DNA from: Zoogloea sp.
GTDB taxonomy: Bacteria > Pseudomonadota > Gammaproteobacteria > Burkholderiales > Rhodocyclaceae
Assembly: GCF_017302315.1 (NCBI RefSeq)
Contig: NZ_JAFLDT010000005.1
Span: 13,815-77,814, forward strand
Reading direction: 5' to 3'
DNA: 64,000 nucleotides
Shown: one piece after another, positions 9,491 through 18,206 of the stretch
Layout: each line of letters starts with the position of its first letter
Numbering within the stretch: the stretch's first letter is position 1
Notes under the pieces: generated by a model
What the model was told of the DNA's origin: nothing
Database searches by the model: none
What the model saw: the letters and a program-made list of their open reading frames with translations, nothing else
Program-made: the position numbers and the translations under genes

Positions 9491-10183
9491 TCAGACTCCG
9501 CTTGAGAAACTCTTCAAAATGGTTTCAACTATTACCCAGTCGAGTTCGGTATCAATTTCAAAACTCTCTTCCTCACTCATTACGTACATCGCAACCTTTC
9601 CAAAGAGTCTATTCTTTTCTCTAACCAAGCCATTTGACTTGGATATATATATAGAGCCATTCTCTTTAAATTTAACGTCTTTCTTTTCGATGTCTTGGCG
9701 ACGCGGGCGATTTTGAAAATCATAGAGCGCCTTAGGGGAGTCTAAATCCTTCCAAAGGAAATTCCACATCTCGCACACGCTGACAAGAGAGTCCGCATTT
9801 CTGTTTGAAAACTCCTGAAAAGCGTTATCTATCGCATCACATGCGCGAACTGGAGACGTAGCCTGCAATAAAACTACGTTGTCTGGGTGATACCTATCCT
9901 TTTCACGAAGAAAGTCTAGTGCATGAATAAGACTTGGCTCCGTAGGGGCGCGATCGTTGGCAAGATCTGCAGGCCTCATAAATGGGACTTCGGCCCCATA
10001 GGCTTTCGCGATTTCTGCTATTTCCGGGCAATCTGTACTTACGACGACTCTGTCAACACACTTAGCAGAGATTGCGTGCTCTATAGACCATGCAATTAGC
10101 GGCTTCCCTCCGATATCTTTAACGTTTTTCCTCGGAATGCCCTTTGAGCCACCTCTTGCGGGAATGACCACCAAATTCTTCAC
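9491..10183 (-). CDS. neuA: Acylneuraminate cytidylyltransferase (CMP-nonulosonate synthetase)
   Basis: IPARGGSKGIPRKN, VVVSTD, LQATSPVR, ENGSIY, EIDTELD. GTG start at 10183 preceded by AGGAGG. Confidence 0.92.
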   Translation of the reverse strand: MKNLVVIPARGGSKGIPRKNVKDIGGKPLIAWSIEHAISAKCVDRVVVSTDCPEIAEIAKAYGAEVPFMRPADLANDRAPTEPSLIHALDFLREKDRYHPDNVVLLQATSPVRACDAIDNAFQEFSNRNADSLVSVCEMWNFLWKDLDSPKALYDFQNRPRRQDIEKKDVKFKENGSIYISKSNGLVREKNRLFGKVAMYVMSEEESFEIDTELDWVIVETILKSFSSGV

Positions 10184-10432
10184 GTTGCCTCCTACTGACC
10201 AAGCTAGCGTCAAATCCTAATCTTGGATGACGTCATCACACATCGACAATTACTTTCACCAAGACACAAGAAAATTTATACGGATGGACAATTTATCAAC
10301 CTTGATGGGCAGCCCCCTTTTGGCACTCGCATCGACTTTTATGAATCGAACTTGGCACATATATCCAACGTTATCCTGAGCTGCGGGCCGAGACGGTATA
10401 GTAACTTTTCCGAAATAATCTTGAACCAGGAC

Positions 10433-12661
10433 TTATTTCTTCGTCGAATAAGAGTACTTGTAAACGTATCCCCTGTAGCCATATTTATAGCGTTGGCGCT
10501 CCATATCAAGGTCATTGAACACAAATCCTTTTACAAAAACGCCTGCTTGACGCAACCGCTTCACCGCCTGTTCCAGTTCGCGTGGCGGATGCTGGCCTGC
10601 TCGGGCAACCATAAGCGTCGCCCCAACATTTCGTCCGATAATTGCAGCATCAGACACCGCCAGAATTGGAGGAGCATCCACGATTAACGTATCGAAACGC
10701 TCGCCCAGCTTTTCGAGTAGCTCCTCAAACCTCAGGTGCATCAACAACTCAGAGGGATTAGGTGGAATTTGGCCAGTTGTTACTATCCAAAGGTTTGGAA
10801 CGGCTGTTGGTTTAACGATGTCATCGACCTTGACCTCGCCTGCAACAAACTCCGAAATCCCACTTTCACGCTTTAGGCCAAACTCCTTATTGATGTGACC
10901 ACGCCTTAGATCGGCATCCACAATCACTACACGCTTTCCCGTTTGGGCTAGTACTGCACCTAAGTTTTTTGAAATAAAACTTTTTCCAAGCCCTGGACTG
11001 GGACCTGTGATCAACAATGAATTCCTCTGCGCATCCAGCAAAGCAAAATGAATAGTAGTCCGCAGGCTACGCAAACTCTCAATCGCATCGTCGTCTGGAT
11101 TGGTGACTGCCAGCAATTCGCCTGATTTAGCCCCCTTATTCCGCTTAGCCAATTCAACCTCTTCTTCACTATGCGGTATAGATGCATAAACAGGCAGTCC
11201 AAGGCGGGACTCAATTTCATCGGGACTTTCAATAACGACTCTTAGGGTACGCAGCAGCCAAACAATAACAAGACTGACCACACCCCCCAAAACTCCGCCT
11301 ATCGCCAGAATGACAATTGGCTTTAGGCCGACTGGTTGGCTTGAAACAGCTGCAGGATCAATGATTCGTACGTCCCCTACGGTGCCAGCCTTGCTCACTC
11401 GTAGTTGCTGCGCAGTATTCACCAAATTTGTATACAGAGCCGTATTGACCTCGACATCTCGCGCCAAGCGCAGAACCTCCTGCTGAGTATCCGGCAGCTT
11501 TGCTACTGAAGAGTCAAATTGAGCCCGTCGCTGCTTGAGTTGCTCGATGCGAGCGTTAGCGGCTTGGATGCGAGGATGTTCCTGGGTAAAGTACTGCCTA
11601 AGTTCATCTCGTTCTTGGCGCAGTGCGACAATTTGATTGTCCACTTCGACGAGTGATTGCAGCACGCTTTGAGTTTCGATGTTCAGATCCAGCGACCCTC
11701 TTGTCTGCCTGTAACTGTTGTACGCAGCCTCCGCTACGTCCATCTGGCGCTTTATCTCGGGAAGCTGCCTTTCCAAAAAGGCCAAGGTACTTTCCGCCTC
11801 TGCAGAACGACGATCCACATTTTGACGGACATACGTGTTGAGTATATCGTCCAGCACAATGCCGATTTTATTTGGATCCTTACCTTGAAGGCTGATATCA
11901 AGAATTCCAGACTTCTTCCCCCGCTCTTTAACCACGTACTTCTTACTCAAGTCCTCCAAAGCCTGATCAGACGAGTAACGAATTATTCTAAACTGTGTCC
12001 CTGGACGACTATTTAAATCAGATACGAATATAGAGTAGTTGCCAGCAGTCGCGCGCTTGCCGACAACACCCTTAATAACTGAAACATCATCTGCATCGAA
12101 AATCTCAAATGCACCGTTCTCCAACGATATTAATGTGAGCTTTTCATCAAGCATATCCCTTGGGACTGAAAGCGAATCGACCTTAATGGTCTCTCCTCCC
12201 CAAGCAAAGCTGTTGAGCCCCAGAAGGGGGGCTGCCACCCCCTGCTCCTTGTTGTACAGGCTATTCACAACCGCTCGTCCGATTAATGGGAAGTAGCGAG
12301 GTTCAGCCAGAATGTTGAGCCGCTGCTTCTCGATTACTTTATCTAGGATCATGCGAGAGTTGAGGATCTCTTGCTCTGCGGCTACGGTGGTATCACCCGC
12401 CAACCCCATGAGAGAACCCAGCTCCTTTAGACCACTAAGAGCGGCGGAGGCTTTTTCTTCTACCTGAATCAAGCCACTAGCCTTATATTCGGGCCGAGCG
12501 ATAAATGTCCAAGCTGCACCGAGAAGCACGCCCAGTAGTGTAACGACAGCAATCAGCCAACGGTAGTCAATCAGAACTGAGATAGCTTCACCGAGTGCCA
12601 ATCCACTATCTTCTTGATCATCTGTACTACGGGCTTCAGAGCTAAGATTTTGTTGTTCCAT
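10433..12661 (-). CDS. wzc: Wzc/Etk-type polysaccharide co-polymerase tyrosine kinase
   Basis: Two membrane segments flanking a periplasmic coiled-coil domain, Walker A GPSPGLGKS, VIVDADLRRG, and a C-terminal Tyr cluster YKYGYRGYVYKYSY. Confidence 0.95.
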   Translation of the reverse strand: MEQQNLSSEARSTDDQEDSGLALGEAISVLIDYRWLIAVVTLLGVLLGAAWTFIARPEYKASGLIQVEEKASAALSGLKELGSLMGLAGDTTVAAEQEILNSRMILDKVIEKQRLNILAEPRYFPLIGRAVVNSLYNKEQGVAAPLLGLNSFAWGGETIKVDSLSVPRDMLDEKLTLISLENGAFEIFDADDVSVIKGVVGKRATAGNYSIFVSDLNSRPGTQFRIIRYSSDQALEDLSKKYVVKERGKKSGILDISLQGKDPNKIGIVLDDILNTYVRQNVDRRSAEAESTLAFLERQLPEIKRQMDVAEAAYNSYRQTRGSLDLNIETQSVLQSLVEVDNQIVALRQERDELRQYFTQEHPRIQAANARIEQLKQRRAQFDSSVAKLPDTQQEVLRLARDVEVNTALYTNLVNTAQQLRVSKAGTVGDVRIIDPAAVSSQPVGLKPIVILAIGGVLGGVVSLVIVWLLRTLRVVIESPDEIESRLGLPVYASIPHSEEEVELAKRNKGAKSGELLAVTNPDDDAIESLRSLRTTIHFALLDAQRNSLLITGPSPGLGKSFISKNLGAVLAQTGKRVVIVDADLRRGHINKEFGLKRESGISEFVAGEVKVDDIVKPTAVPNLWIVTTGQIPPNPSELLMHLRFEELLEKLGERFDTLIVDAPPILAVSDAAIIGRNVGATLMVARAGQHPPRELEQAVKRLRQAGVFVKGFVFNDLDMERQRYKYGYRGYVYKYSYSTKK

Positions 12662-12709
12662 GAGCTGTCCGTTCTGTCTTCTAATTCTGAGGAGCGTAGG
12701 AGCGCGCGA

Positions 12710-13921
12710 TCAGTTGCGGCCGCCAAACAGCGGATACTTGGTTCCGCTCAACTGCCAGAGGGTCTGGGCAGTGGGCAGGATGTTGGAAACCACGCGATTC
12801 CAGCGCACCACGTCGGCCGCATCCACATAAACGATGTCACGGGGGCGCAGGGGGAAGCGGTCGGCCAGCAGCATGGAGTCAGGCGAGGAACCATCCAGGT
12901 GGAAGAGCTCTGGAGTTTCGCTTTCGCCGCGCATCACGTAGATCCACTTGGGATTGGACTTCTCTTGGGAGATGTAGCCCGTATCGGCAAGCGCCTCAGC
13001 CAGGGTGGAGCGCTTTTTGGTCATGACCAGGGAGCCGGGCTTTTGCACCTCGCCCAGCACAAAGATCTTGTTGAAGCTGCGATCTGAGACGTTGAGGATG
13101 TCGCCGGGCTCCAGCAGGGCGTTTTGCTCGGTGGCGCCGTCTTCGTACATGGACTGGATGTCCACCCGGTAGGTGACGCCCTTGCGGGTGAGCAGTACAC
13201 GGCTGTGATCTGCCTCAGGGCTAAAGCCGCCAGCGCGGTTTACGGCCTCAAGCACCGTCATGGGAATGTCGGTGACGTCTTGCAGGCCGGGCTTGGCCAC
13301 CTCGCCCACTACATACACGCGCTTGCTGCGGAAGGCGGCCATGCGCACGTCCAATTGCACCTTTTCGATGTACTTGGACAGGCGGGTGCTGAGCAGCTCG
13401 CGGATCTGGCGGGTGGTTTTGCCGGCCACCTGCAGGGTACCCACGTAGGGGTAGTAAATAGTGCCGTCTTCGGCCACCACAGTGCCGGCCTGCTCCGCAG
13501 ACCGGTATTGACCGGCCGGGGTGGTGAGTTCGGGGTGATCCCATACGATGATGGTAAGCACATCGCCGGGGCCGACCTTGTAGTCCACCGGGGTGGCCAC
13601 GTTGGCAGGTTTGGTGGGGGCGGCGGGCTTGGTGAAGCTGTCTTGGGCAAGGTTTTGGCGCGGCGGCTTGGCGGCGGCAAGCTGCTCGATGATCAGCTCG
13701 GCGGTGATGGGGCGGATTTTGACGTTGTCGGGCACCGTCTCTTCGCCCTGCTTGACGGGCAGCTTGACGGCCGACTGGCTGTCGCGCAGGGAATAGGCCT
13801 TGTCGCCCGGCACCAGCGCACAGGCAGAGCTGAGGCAGGCGGCCAGGGTGGCCAAGGCAAGGCCACGCAGGCGCGGCCGGGAAGCGGTGCGGAAGGTTTG
13901 AGCGTCTCGGTAGGCCATCAT
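12710..13921 (-). CDS. wza: Wza outer-membrane polysaccharide export lipoprotein
   Basis: Lipobox LSSAC, YKVGPGDVLTIIVWDHPEL (Poly_export PES motif), SLBB repeats, RWNRVVSNILPT. Start re-chosen at MMAY (ORF open to 14071). Confidence 0.93.
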   Translation of the reverse strand: MMAYRDAQTFRTASRPRLRGLALATLAACLSSACALVPGDKAYSLRDSQSAVKLPVKQGEETVPDNVKIRPITAELIIEQLAAAKPPRQNLAQDSFTKPAAPTKPANVATPVDYKVGPGDVLTIIVWDHPELTTPAGQYRSAEQAGTVVAEDGTIYYPYVGTLQVAGKTTRQIRELLSTRLSKYIEKVQLDVRMAAFRSKRVYVVGEVAKPGLQDVTDIPMTVLEAVNRAGGFSPEADHSRVLLTRKGVTYRVDIQSMYEDGATEQNALLEPGDILNVSDRSFNKIFVLGEVQKPGSLVMTKKRSTLAEALADTGYISQEKSNPKWIYVMRGESETPELFHLDGSSPDSMLLADRFPLRPRDIVYVDAADVVRWNRVVSNILPTAQTLWQLSGTKYPLFGGRN

Positions 13922-14276
13922 GATCCGATGTTCTTTGGGGTATGGCCTAGCAGCACTGGCGGGGCTTTTGCCCTTAACCCCGGCTTGCGCGTAGTGCGCA
14001 GCGGGTGGCGCCGTTGTTTGCTGCAAAACCGAAACCCCGTGTTGTTGATGAAGGCTCCGGCATGCCAGCACCGGAGCGTCTCTGTTCCGTGCCCCACATC
14101 AAGGCAGGCGCGAGGACGAATCGAAAGTTTGCGCTTGTAATGTTAACACGCAGCTTTCATTACCTCGACCGAACAAGTTCACGCCCCGGTAAAACAAAAA
14201 GATACGGAATGTTGCAAAGTTGGCGAAGAGGGGATTGTCAGCAGGCGGGCCAAACGCTTTGCCCAGCCCCAGCGCC

Positions 14277-14615
14277 CTAACCCGAGATGCGCCGGATGAT
14301 CAGGGCCACCACCAACAGCGCCCCGGCCAGCAACATGGATTCGGTGCTGCCTTGCTCGCCCGGGCCGACGCCCCAGGCCTCCGGCACGCCCGCGGATGGC
14401 AGGTGGACAGCCCCGCCCGGAAGGCCGACGCGGGCTGCGGTAGCAGGGAACATGGCCTGCACGCTGGGCACTTGCATGCTTACCGGTGTGTTGCCGAGGG
14501 CATCGGGCGCCATGCTGAGGGCACCCCCGCTGCCAGCGTTGCCTACGTTGGCACTTGCTGCCCCGGCCAGGGAGACCGCCGCCGAGGCCAGGCACGAAAC
14601 AATGAGTTTGCGCAT
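14277..14615 (-). CDS. Small secreted protein with a degenerate PEP-CTERM-like C-terminal sorting tail
   Basis: Signal peptide (MRKLIVSCLASAAVSLAGAASA), Pro/Gly/Ala-rich body, then VPE...STESMLLAGALLVVALIIRR. It has its own sigma54-type promoter. Confidence 0.7.
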   Translation of the reverse strand: MRKLIVSCLASAAVSLAGAASANVGNAGSGGALSMAPDALGNTPVSMQVPSVQAMFPATAARVGLPGGAVHLPSAGVPEAWGVGPGEQGSTESMLLAGALLVVALIIRRISG

Positions 14616-14651
14616 GATGGCATGACCAGTGATAGTTGATGCTTAAGCAAC

Positions 14652-14669
14652 AAGCAAAAACCACGCCGG
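14652..14669 (-). promoter_or_regulatory. Sigma54 -24/-12 promoter of the small PEP-CTERM-like gene
   Basis: Minus strand CCGGCGTGGTTTTTGCTT gives GG-N10-GC with TTGC, about 40 bp upstream of the start. Confidence 0.65.
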
Positions 14670-14778
14670 CTGCATTTGGCATGGGCCGCTGCATAACCAA
14701 AGTCACAATAATTCATCATGTTGCGGTGTAGCATTTTCAGAATGACCGAGACACTGCAGCGCAACATTCTGGGGCAAC

Positions 14779-14797
14779 TGTAAAATTTGCCGACACA
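14779..14797. promoter_or_regulatory. TGT-N11-ACA enhancer (PEP-CTERM-box-like), copy 1
   Basis: tgtaaaatttgccgacaca, identical to 21955-21973. Confidence 0.75.
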
Positions 14798-14992
14798 CTC
14801 AGCACCCAAAAGGGGCGCAAGCTGGATGCAAGGTCTTTTGAGCAGGTGGAAGATTTGCGGTAGACTTCTGCATGTTATTGTATATAAAACGTTTTTGGCA
14901 TTTATCACGATTTTGCCGAAGATGCTGTGCGGTTTGCCGCACCACGACGGATCGTATCCGACATTTCAACATGGTCTTGCCGCGCCGCGGCA

Positions 14993-15005
14993 TTGCAGTG
15001 CAACA
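14993..15005. promoter_or_regulatory. Putative PhaR/PhbF-type operator upstream of the priming transferase
   Basis: Minus strand TGTTGCACTGCAA matches TG-N-TGC-N3-GCAA. Related boxes lie at 14719-14733 and 14754-14766. Confidence 0.45.
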
Positions 15006-15016
15006 ACGGATCTCAT

Positions 15017-16411
15017 ATGTTCAGTTCGCTTGACAACCATCGCAGCTTTCTACGGCCGAGCTACTCGCTGACCTCGGCCCTTGAGGCCTTGCTCGACCCC
15101 GTTGTGGCGATGCTCTCTCTGGCCGGCTGCGTGCTGTTGCTCGACCCGCTGGGTGGGCCGCATTACATCCTCCTGGCGGTGATGGCCTTCGGCTTGCTGT
15201 TTCCGGGCAACGCGGGGTTTCACGAGCAACCTCGGCGCGTGATCCGAAAGATCGGGACCAACTGGCTGCTGCTGGTGGCCGTGTTGGGTGGCTTCGGGAT
15301 TGCCAGCGGCTATGTACGGCATTTTCCGCGCACGGTGGTGTTGTCGTGGGTGGTGCTTGCGCCCCTGGCCATGGTGGCGGCGCATTTCGTGGCGCGGGTG
15401 GTGGTGCTGCGCGCCCTTACGGCCACCACCCGCCAACGCACGGCGATTGTGGCCGGCGTGAATGACGTGGGCCTGAGCCTCGCGCGGCAATTCAAGCAAA
15501 ACCCCTACCTGGGCTGCCGCGTGGTGGGCTTTTTTGATGACCGCAATCTGGAGCGCCTGCCCGATACGGATGGTTTGCCCACCCTGGGCACGATGACCGA
15601 GCTGCCAGACTTTGTTAAGTTGAACCGCATTGATCAGATCTACCTGGCGGTGCCGATGGCAACCCAGCCACGCATTCTCTCCTTGCTGGACGATCTCAAA
15701 GACACCACGGCGTCGATCTTTTTTGTGCCGGATATCTTTGTGACCGATCTGATCCAAGGGCAGATGCACAGCGTTGGCAGCACGCCCGTGGTTGCGGTGT
15801 GCGAGACACCCTTCACCGGGCTGAGGGGTTTGATCAAGCGGGCATCGGATATCGTGATTTCGGCCATATTGCTGGTCTTGTTGCTGCCCGTCATGTTGGT
15901 GCTGGCCATTGGGGTCAAGCTCTCGTCACCGGGGCCGGTGATTTTCAAGCAGCGCCGTTACGGGCTGGATGGCCAGGAAATCCTGGTTTACAAGTTTCGC
16001 TCGATGACCACGACCGACAATGGCAACGTGGTAAAGCAGGCCACCAAGAACGATGCGCGGATTACGCCCTTTGGGGCCTTCATCCGCAAGACGTCGCTGG
16101 ATGAACTGCCGCAGTTCATCAACGTGCTGCAGGGGCGGATGAGCATTGTTGGGCCTCGGCCCCACGCGGTGGCCCACAACGAGACGTATCGCAAGATCGT
16201 GAAGGGCTACATGATCCGCCACAAGGTCAAGCCGGGCATCACTGGCTGGGCCCAGGTGAGCGGCTACCGGGGCGAGACCGATACGGTGGACAAGATGGAG
16301 AAGCGTATCGAGTACGACCTGGAGTACCTGCGCAATTGGTCGCTGGGGTTTGATCTGTGGATCATCTTCAAGACCGTGGCGGTGGTGTTCAAGGACAAGA
16401 ACGCCTATTGA
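15017..16411 (+). CDS. wcaJ: Undecaprenyl-phosphate glucose phosphotransferase (WcaJ/GumD-type priming transferase)
   Basis: N-terminal membrane segments, CoA-binding-like domain (VVGFFDD), and a Bac_transf domain (KFRSM, SLDELPQFINVLQGRMSIVGPRP, KPGITGWAQV, DLEYLRNWS). Confidence 0.93.
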   Translation: MFSSLDNHRSFLRPSYSLTSALEALLDPVVAMLSLAGCVLLLDPLGGPHYILLAVMAFGLLFPGNAGFHEQPRRVIRKIGTNWLLLVAVLGGFGIASGYVRHFPRTVVLSWVVLAPLAMVAAHFVARVVVLRALTATTRQRTAIVAGVNDVGLSLARQFKQNPYLGCRVVGFFDDRNLERLPDTDGLPTLGTMTELPDFVKLNRIDQIYLAVPMATQPRILSLLDDLKDTTASIFFVPDIFVTDLIQGQMHSVGSTPVVAVCETPFTGLRGLIKRASDIVISAILLVLLLPVMLVLAIGVKLSSPGPVIFKQRRYGLDGQEILVYKFRSMTTTDNGNVVKQATKNDARITPFGAFIRKTSLDELPQFINVLQGRMSIVGPRPHAVAHNETYRKIVKGYMIRHKVKPGITGWAQVSGYRGETDTVDKMEKRIEYDLEYLRNWSLGFDLWIIFKTVAVVFKDKNAY

Positions 16412-16440
16412 GCGTGGGTTGCTTGTGCGCGCGACTTGCT

Positions 16441-16524
16441 GGGGTGGCTTCAGTCGCCGATCCGCGCGTCGATCACAGGCATGCCGCTAATCGAAGTCCG
16501 CGGGCGACTGAAGTCGCCCCTACA
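16441..16524. repeat. GTAG-type REP doublet (REPIN/BIME-like)
   Basis: ggggtggcttcagtcgcc...gggcgactgaagtcgcccctaca, inverted pair with a conserved linker. Confidence 0.85.
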
Positions 16525-16654
16525 GTCCCTCAAGCCGCCGTCTGAGCCTCCCACGAACCCCTTCAGCTTCACCCGTCGGGTGATACCGCCAAACCCTCTT
16601 CAGCATTGGGTTTGCGTCTTGTTTGGGGAGGAAAACCGAGGAAAGTAGGTTGAA

Positions 16655-16827
16655 TCTGCCGCCGCGGGCGTCGCCGACGTAGTAAGCGTCGCCACTGCGA
16701 TTTACGCTGTACTAGGGTGAGACGATCTTCCCGGTGAAGATCCGGCCGAAGGCGATGCGGGTGTATTCAAAAAGATTGCTTCGCTCAACCCGCGAGCGGG
16801 ACTTGATGTGACCGCCGTGGCCGATCC
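16655..16827 (-). pseudogene. Decayed duplicate of the last ~60 codons of the nucleotidyltransferase gene
   Basis: Aligns to 18007-18206. The stop codon has changed from TGA to AGA, and a deletion has occurred between cgtcgcc microhomologies. Confidence 0.8.
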
Positions 16828-16915
16828 TCGCGGCGATTTTTGAACAGCCATCTTCCATTGTGCGAGCATCTCAGTTGATGCAAAATTGAACCTGCTTTGA
16901 TGACGCGGGGCGTAT

Positions 16916-17119
16916 ATGAGAACCACGGTGACCATTGATGATGCCCTGTACGAACAGGCACTGGAAGTTGCCGATCCAGGCATGGACAAGGCAGACCTGT
17001 TCCGTGAGGCCATTAAAACCTTTATACGAATCCAGGCAGCCAAACGCCTTGCCTCCCTTGGCGGGGCCATGCCTGACATGCCGGAAATTTCACGCCGCCG
17101 CGAGGATGCGCAAGGATGA
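16916..17119 (+). CDS. vapB: Type II antitoxin, VapB family (RHH)
   Basis: [15 protein letters not shown]...[24 protein letters not shown]. Its stop overlaps the toxin start (ATGA). Confidence 0.88.
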   Translation: MRTTVTIDDALYEQALEVADPGMDKADLFREAIKTFIRIQAAKRLASLGGAMPDMPEISRRREDAQG

Positions 17120-17496
17120 AAGGGGTTCTCGTTGATACCTCGGTGTGGGTCGATCACTTTCGAAATTGCAATGACGCGTTGATTCAACTGCTGGCGTTTG
17201 ATCTTGTGATGATGCACCCGATGGTCCTGGGGGAAATCGCGTGTGGAACACCGCCCAGTCGCGTTCAGACCTTATCTGATCTCGAAAAGCTGCAGCAGAC
17301 GCAACAGGCAAGCGTGCGGGAGGTTATGGCATTCGTCGAACGAGAGCGCGTGTTCGGGGTAGGGTACGGCCTGGTGGATCTGCAGCTACTGGCATCGACC
17401 ATGATGACCGCGGGCGCGGAATTGTGGACCTTGGATAAGCGCTTGTCTGTATTGGCGGAGCGTTTCGGTGTGATGTACCAGCCGGCTCTGCATTAA
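17116..17496 (+). CDS. vapC: Type II toxin, VapC (PIN domain)
   Basis: [38 protein letters not shown] carry the PIN acidic tetrad. Confidence 0.9.
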   Translation: MKGVLVDTSVWVDHFRNCNDALIQLLAFDLVMMHPMVLGEIACGTPPSRVQTLSDLEKLQQTQQASVREVMAFVERERVFGVGYGLVDLQLLASTMMTAGAELWTLDKRLSVLAERFGVMYQPALH

Positions 17497-17578
17497 CGGG
17501 CAATCCCGCGCCCGTTAGGCATCGCCAGCACCTTGCGGTGGCCTTGAGCGTCGCACCGTTGTCGCCATGGAGCACGGG
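17497..17578 (-). pseudogene. Short IS3-family transposase (integrase core) fragment
   Basis: Minus strand PVLHGDNGATLKAT, followed after a frameshift by VLAMPNGRGI, resembling the LHxDNG region of IS3 OrfB. Confidence 0.55.
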
Positions 17579-17655
17579 TATGGAACGTGCTGATCGTTTG
17601 TGGCGACCAGCACGACCTTTCTTTGCCGACTCGACAAGCGTTCAACATCGCAGGC

Positions 17656-17681
17656 CCCCAACGGAAAGCCGCTCGTTGGGG
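17656..17681. terminator. Hairpin, possible terminator downstream of vapBC
   Basis: ccccaacg-N10-cgttgggg inverted repeat, with no clear U-tract. Confidence 0.35.
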
Positions 17682-17759
17682 ATGGTCGAATAAACCTTAA
17701 TTTTCTCCGTTTGACGCGTCGTCTGACGGTCGATACGGTCTCTCCTGTACGAGCGATTT

Positions 17760-17846
17760 GCAGGGGCGACTTCAGTCGCCCATCCGCGCGTTGATCACAG
17801 GCACGCCCTTGATCGCAGTCCGCGGGCGACTGAAGTCGCCCCTACA
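17760..17846. repeat. GTAG-type REP doublet
   Basis: gcaggggcgacttcagtcgccc...gggcgactgaagtcgcccctaca. Confidence 0.9.
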
Positions 17847-18206
17847 GTCCCTCCAGCCGCCTTCTGAGCCTCCCACAAACCCCTTCTGCTTCACCCGTCG
17901 GGTGATACCGCGAGTGGCGGGAAAACCCGCGTCAGCATTGGGTTTGCGTCTGGTTCGGGGAGGACAACCGAGGAAAGCAGGATAAACCCTACATCCGCAG
18001 GTTGAATCAGCCGCCGCGGGCGTCGCCCCAGCGGAGGGGGCATTCGTCGTCGCCGACGTAGTAGGCGTCGCCACTGCGATTTACGCAGTACTGGGGTGAG
18101 ACGATCATCTCGGAGAAGCTCTGGCCGAGGGCGATGCGGGTGTATTCAAACAGAATGCTGCGCTCAACCCGCGCCCGGGACTTGATGTGACTGCCGTGAC
18201 CGATCC
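17763..18206. repeat. Direct repeat, copy 2 (includes the intact gene 3' end)
   Basis: Colinear with 16441-16827. Confidence 0.9.

Larger units (their letters stand above)
16441..16827. repeat. Diverged direct repeat, copy 1 (REP doublet, intergenic flank and decayed 3' end of the nucleotidyltransferase gene)
   Basis: Colinear with 17763-18206 over its whole length, with substitutions and several small deletions. Confidence 0.9.

Noticed and set aside
10214-10432. wzc-neuA spacer as a small gene or a JUMPStart/ops site
   Set aside because: Only short, unconvincing ORFs were found and no GGCGGTAG ops core was seen by eye. It may hold an internal promoter, but I cannot support one.
13922-14071. 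N-terminal extensions in the ORF track (wza; also rimO, pgeF, rluD, ZIP, wzb, the receiver-TPR gene)
   Set aside because: Family motifs, signal peptides and RBS positions point to downstream starts, and the extensions overlap promoters or neighbouring genes.
14843-14859. CAGGTGGAAGATTTGCG as a sigma54 promoter for wcaJ
   Set aside because: GG-N10-GC spacing is right, but the -24 context lacks CAC and it lies only about 50 bp from the enhancer. Too weak to list as a feature.
16702-17217. 171-aa minus-strand ORF starting MHHHK
   Set aside because: It is antisense to vapB, and its tail is an out-of-frame read of the decayed duplicate. Not a credible gene.
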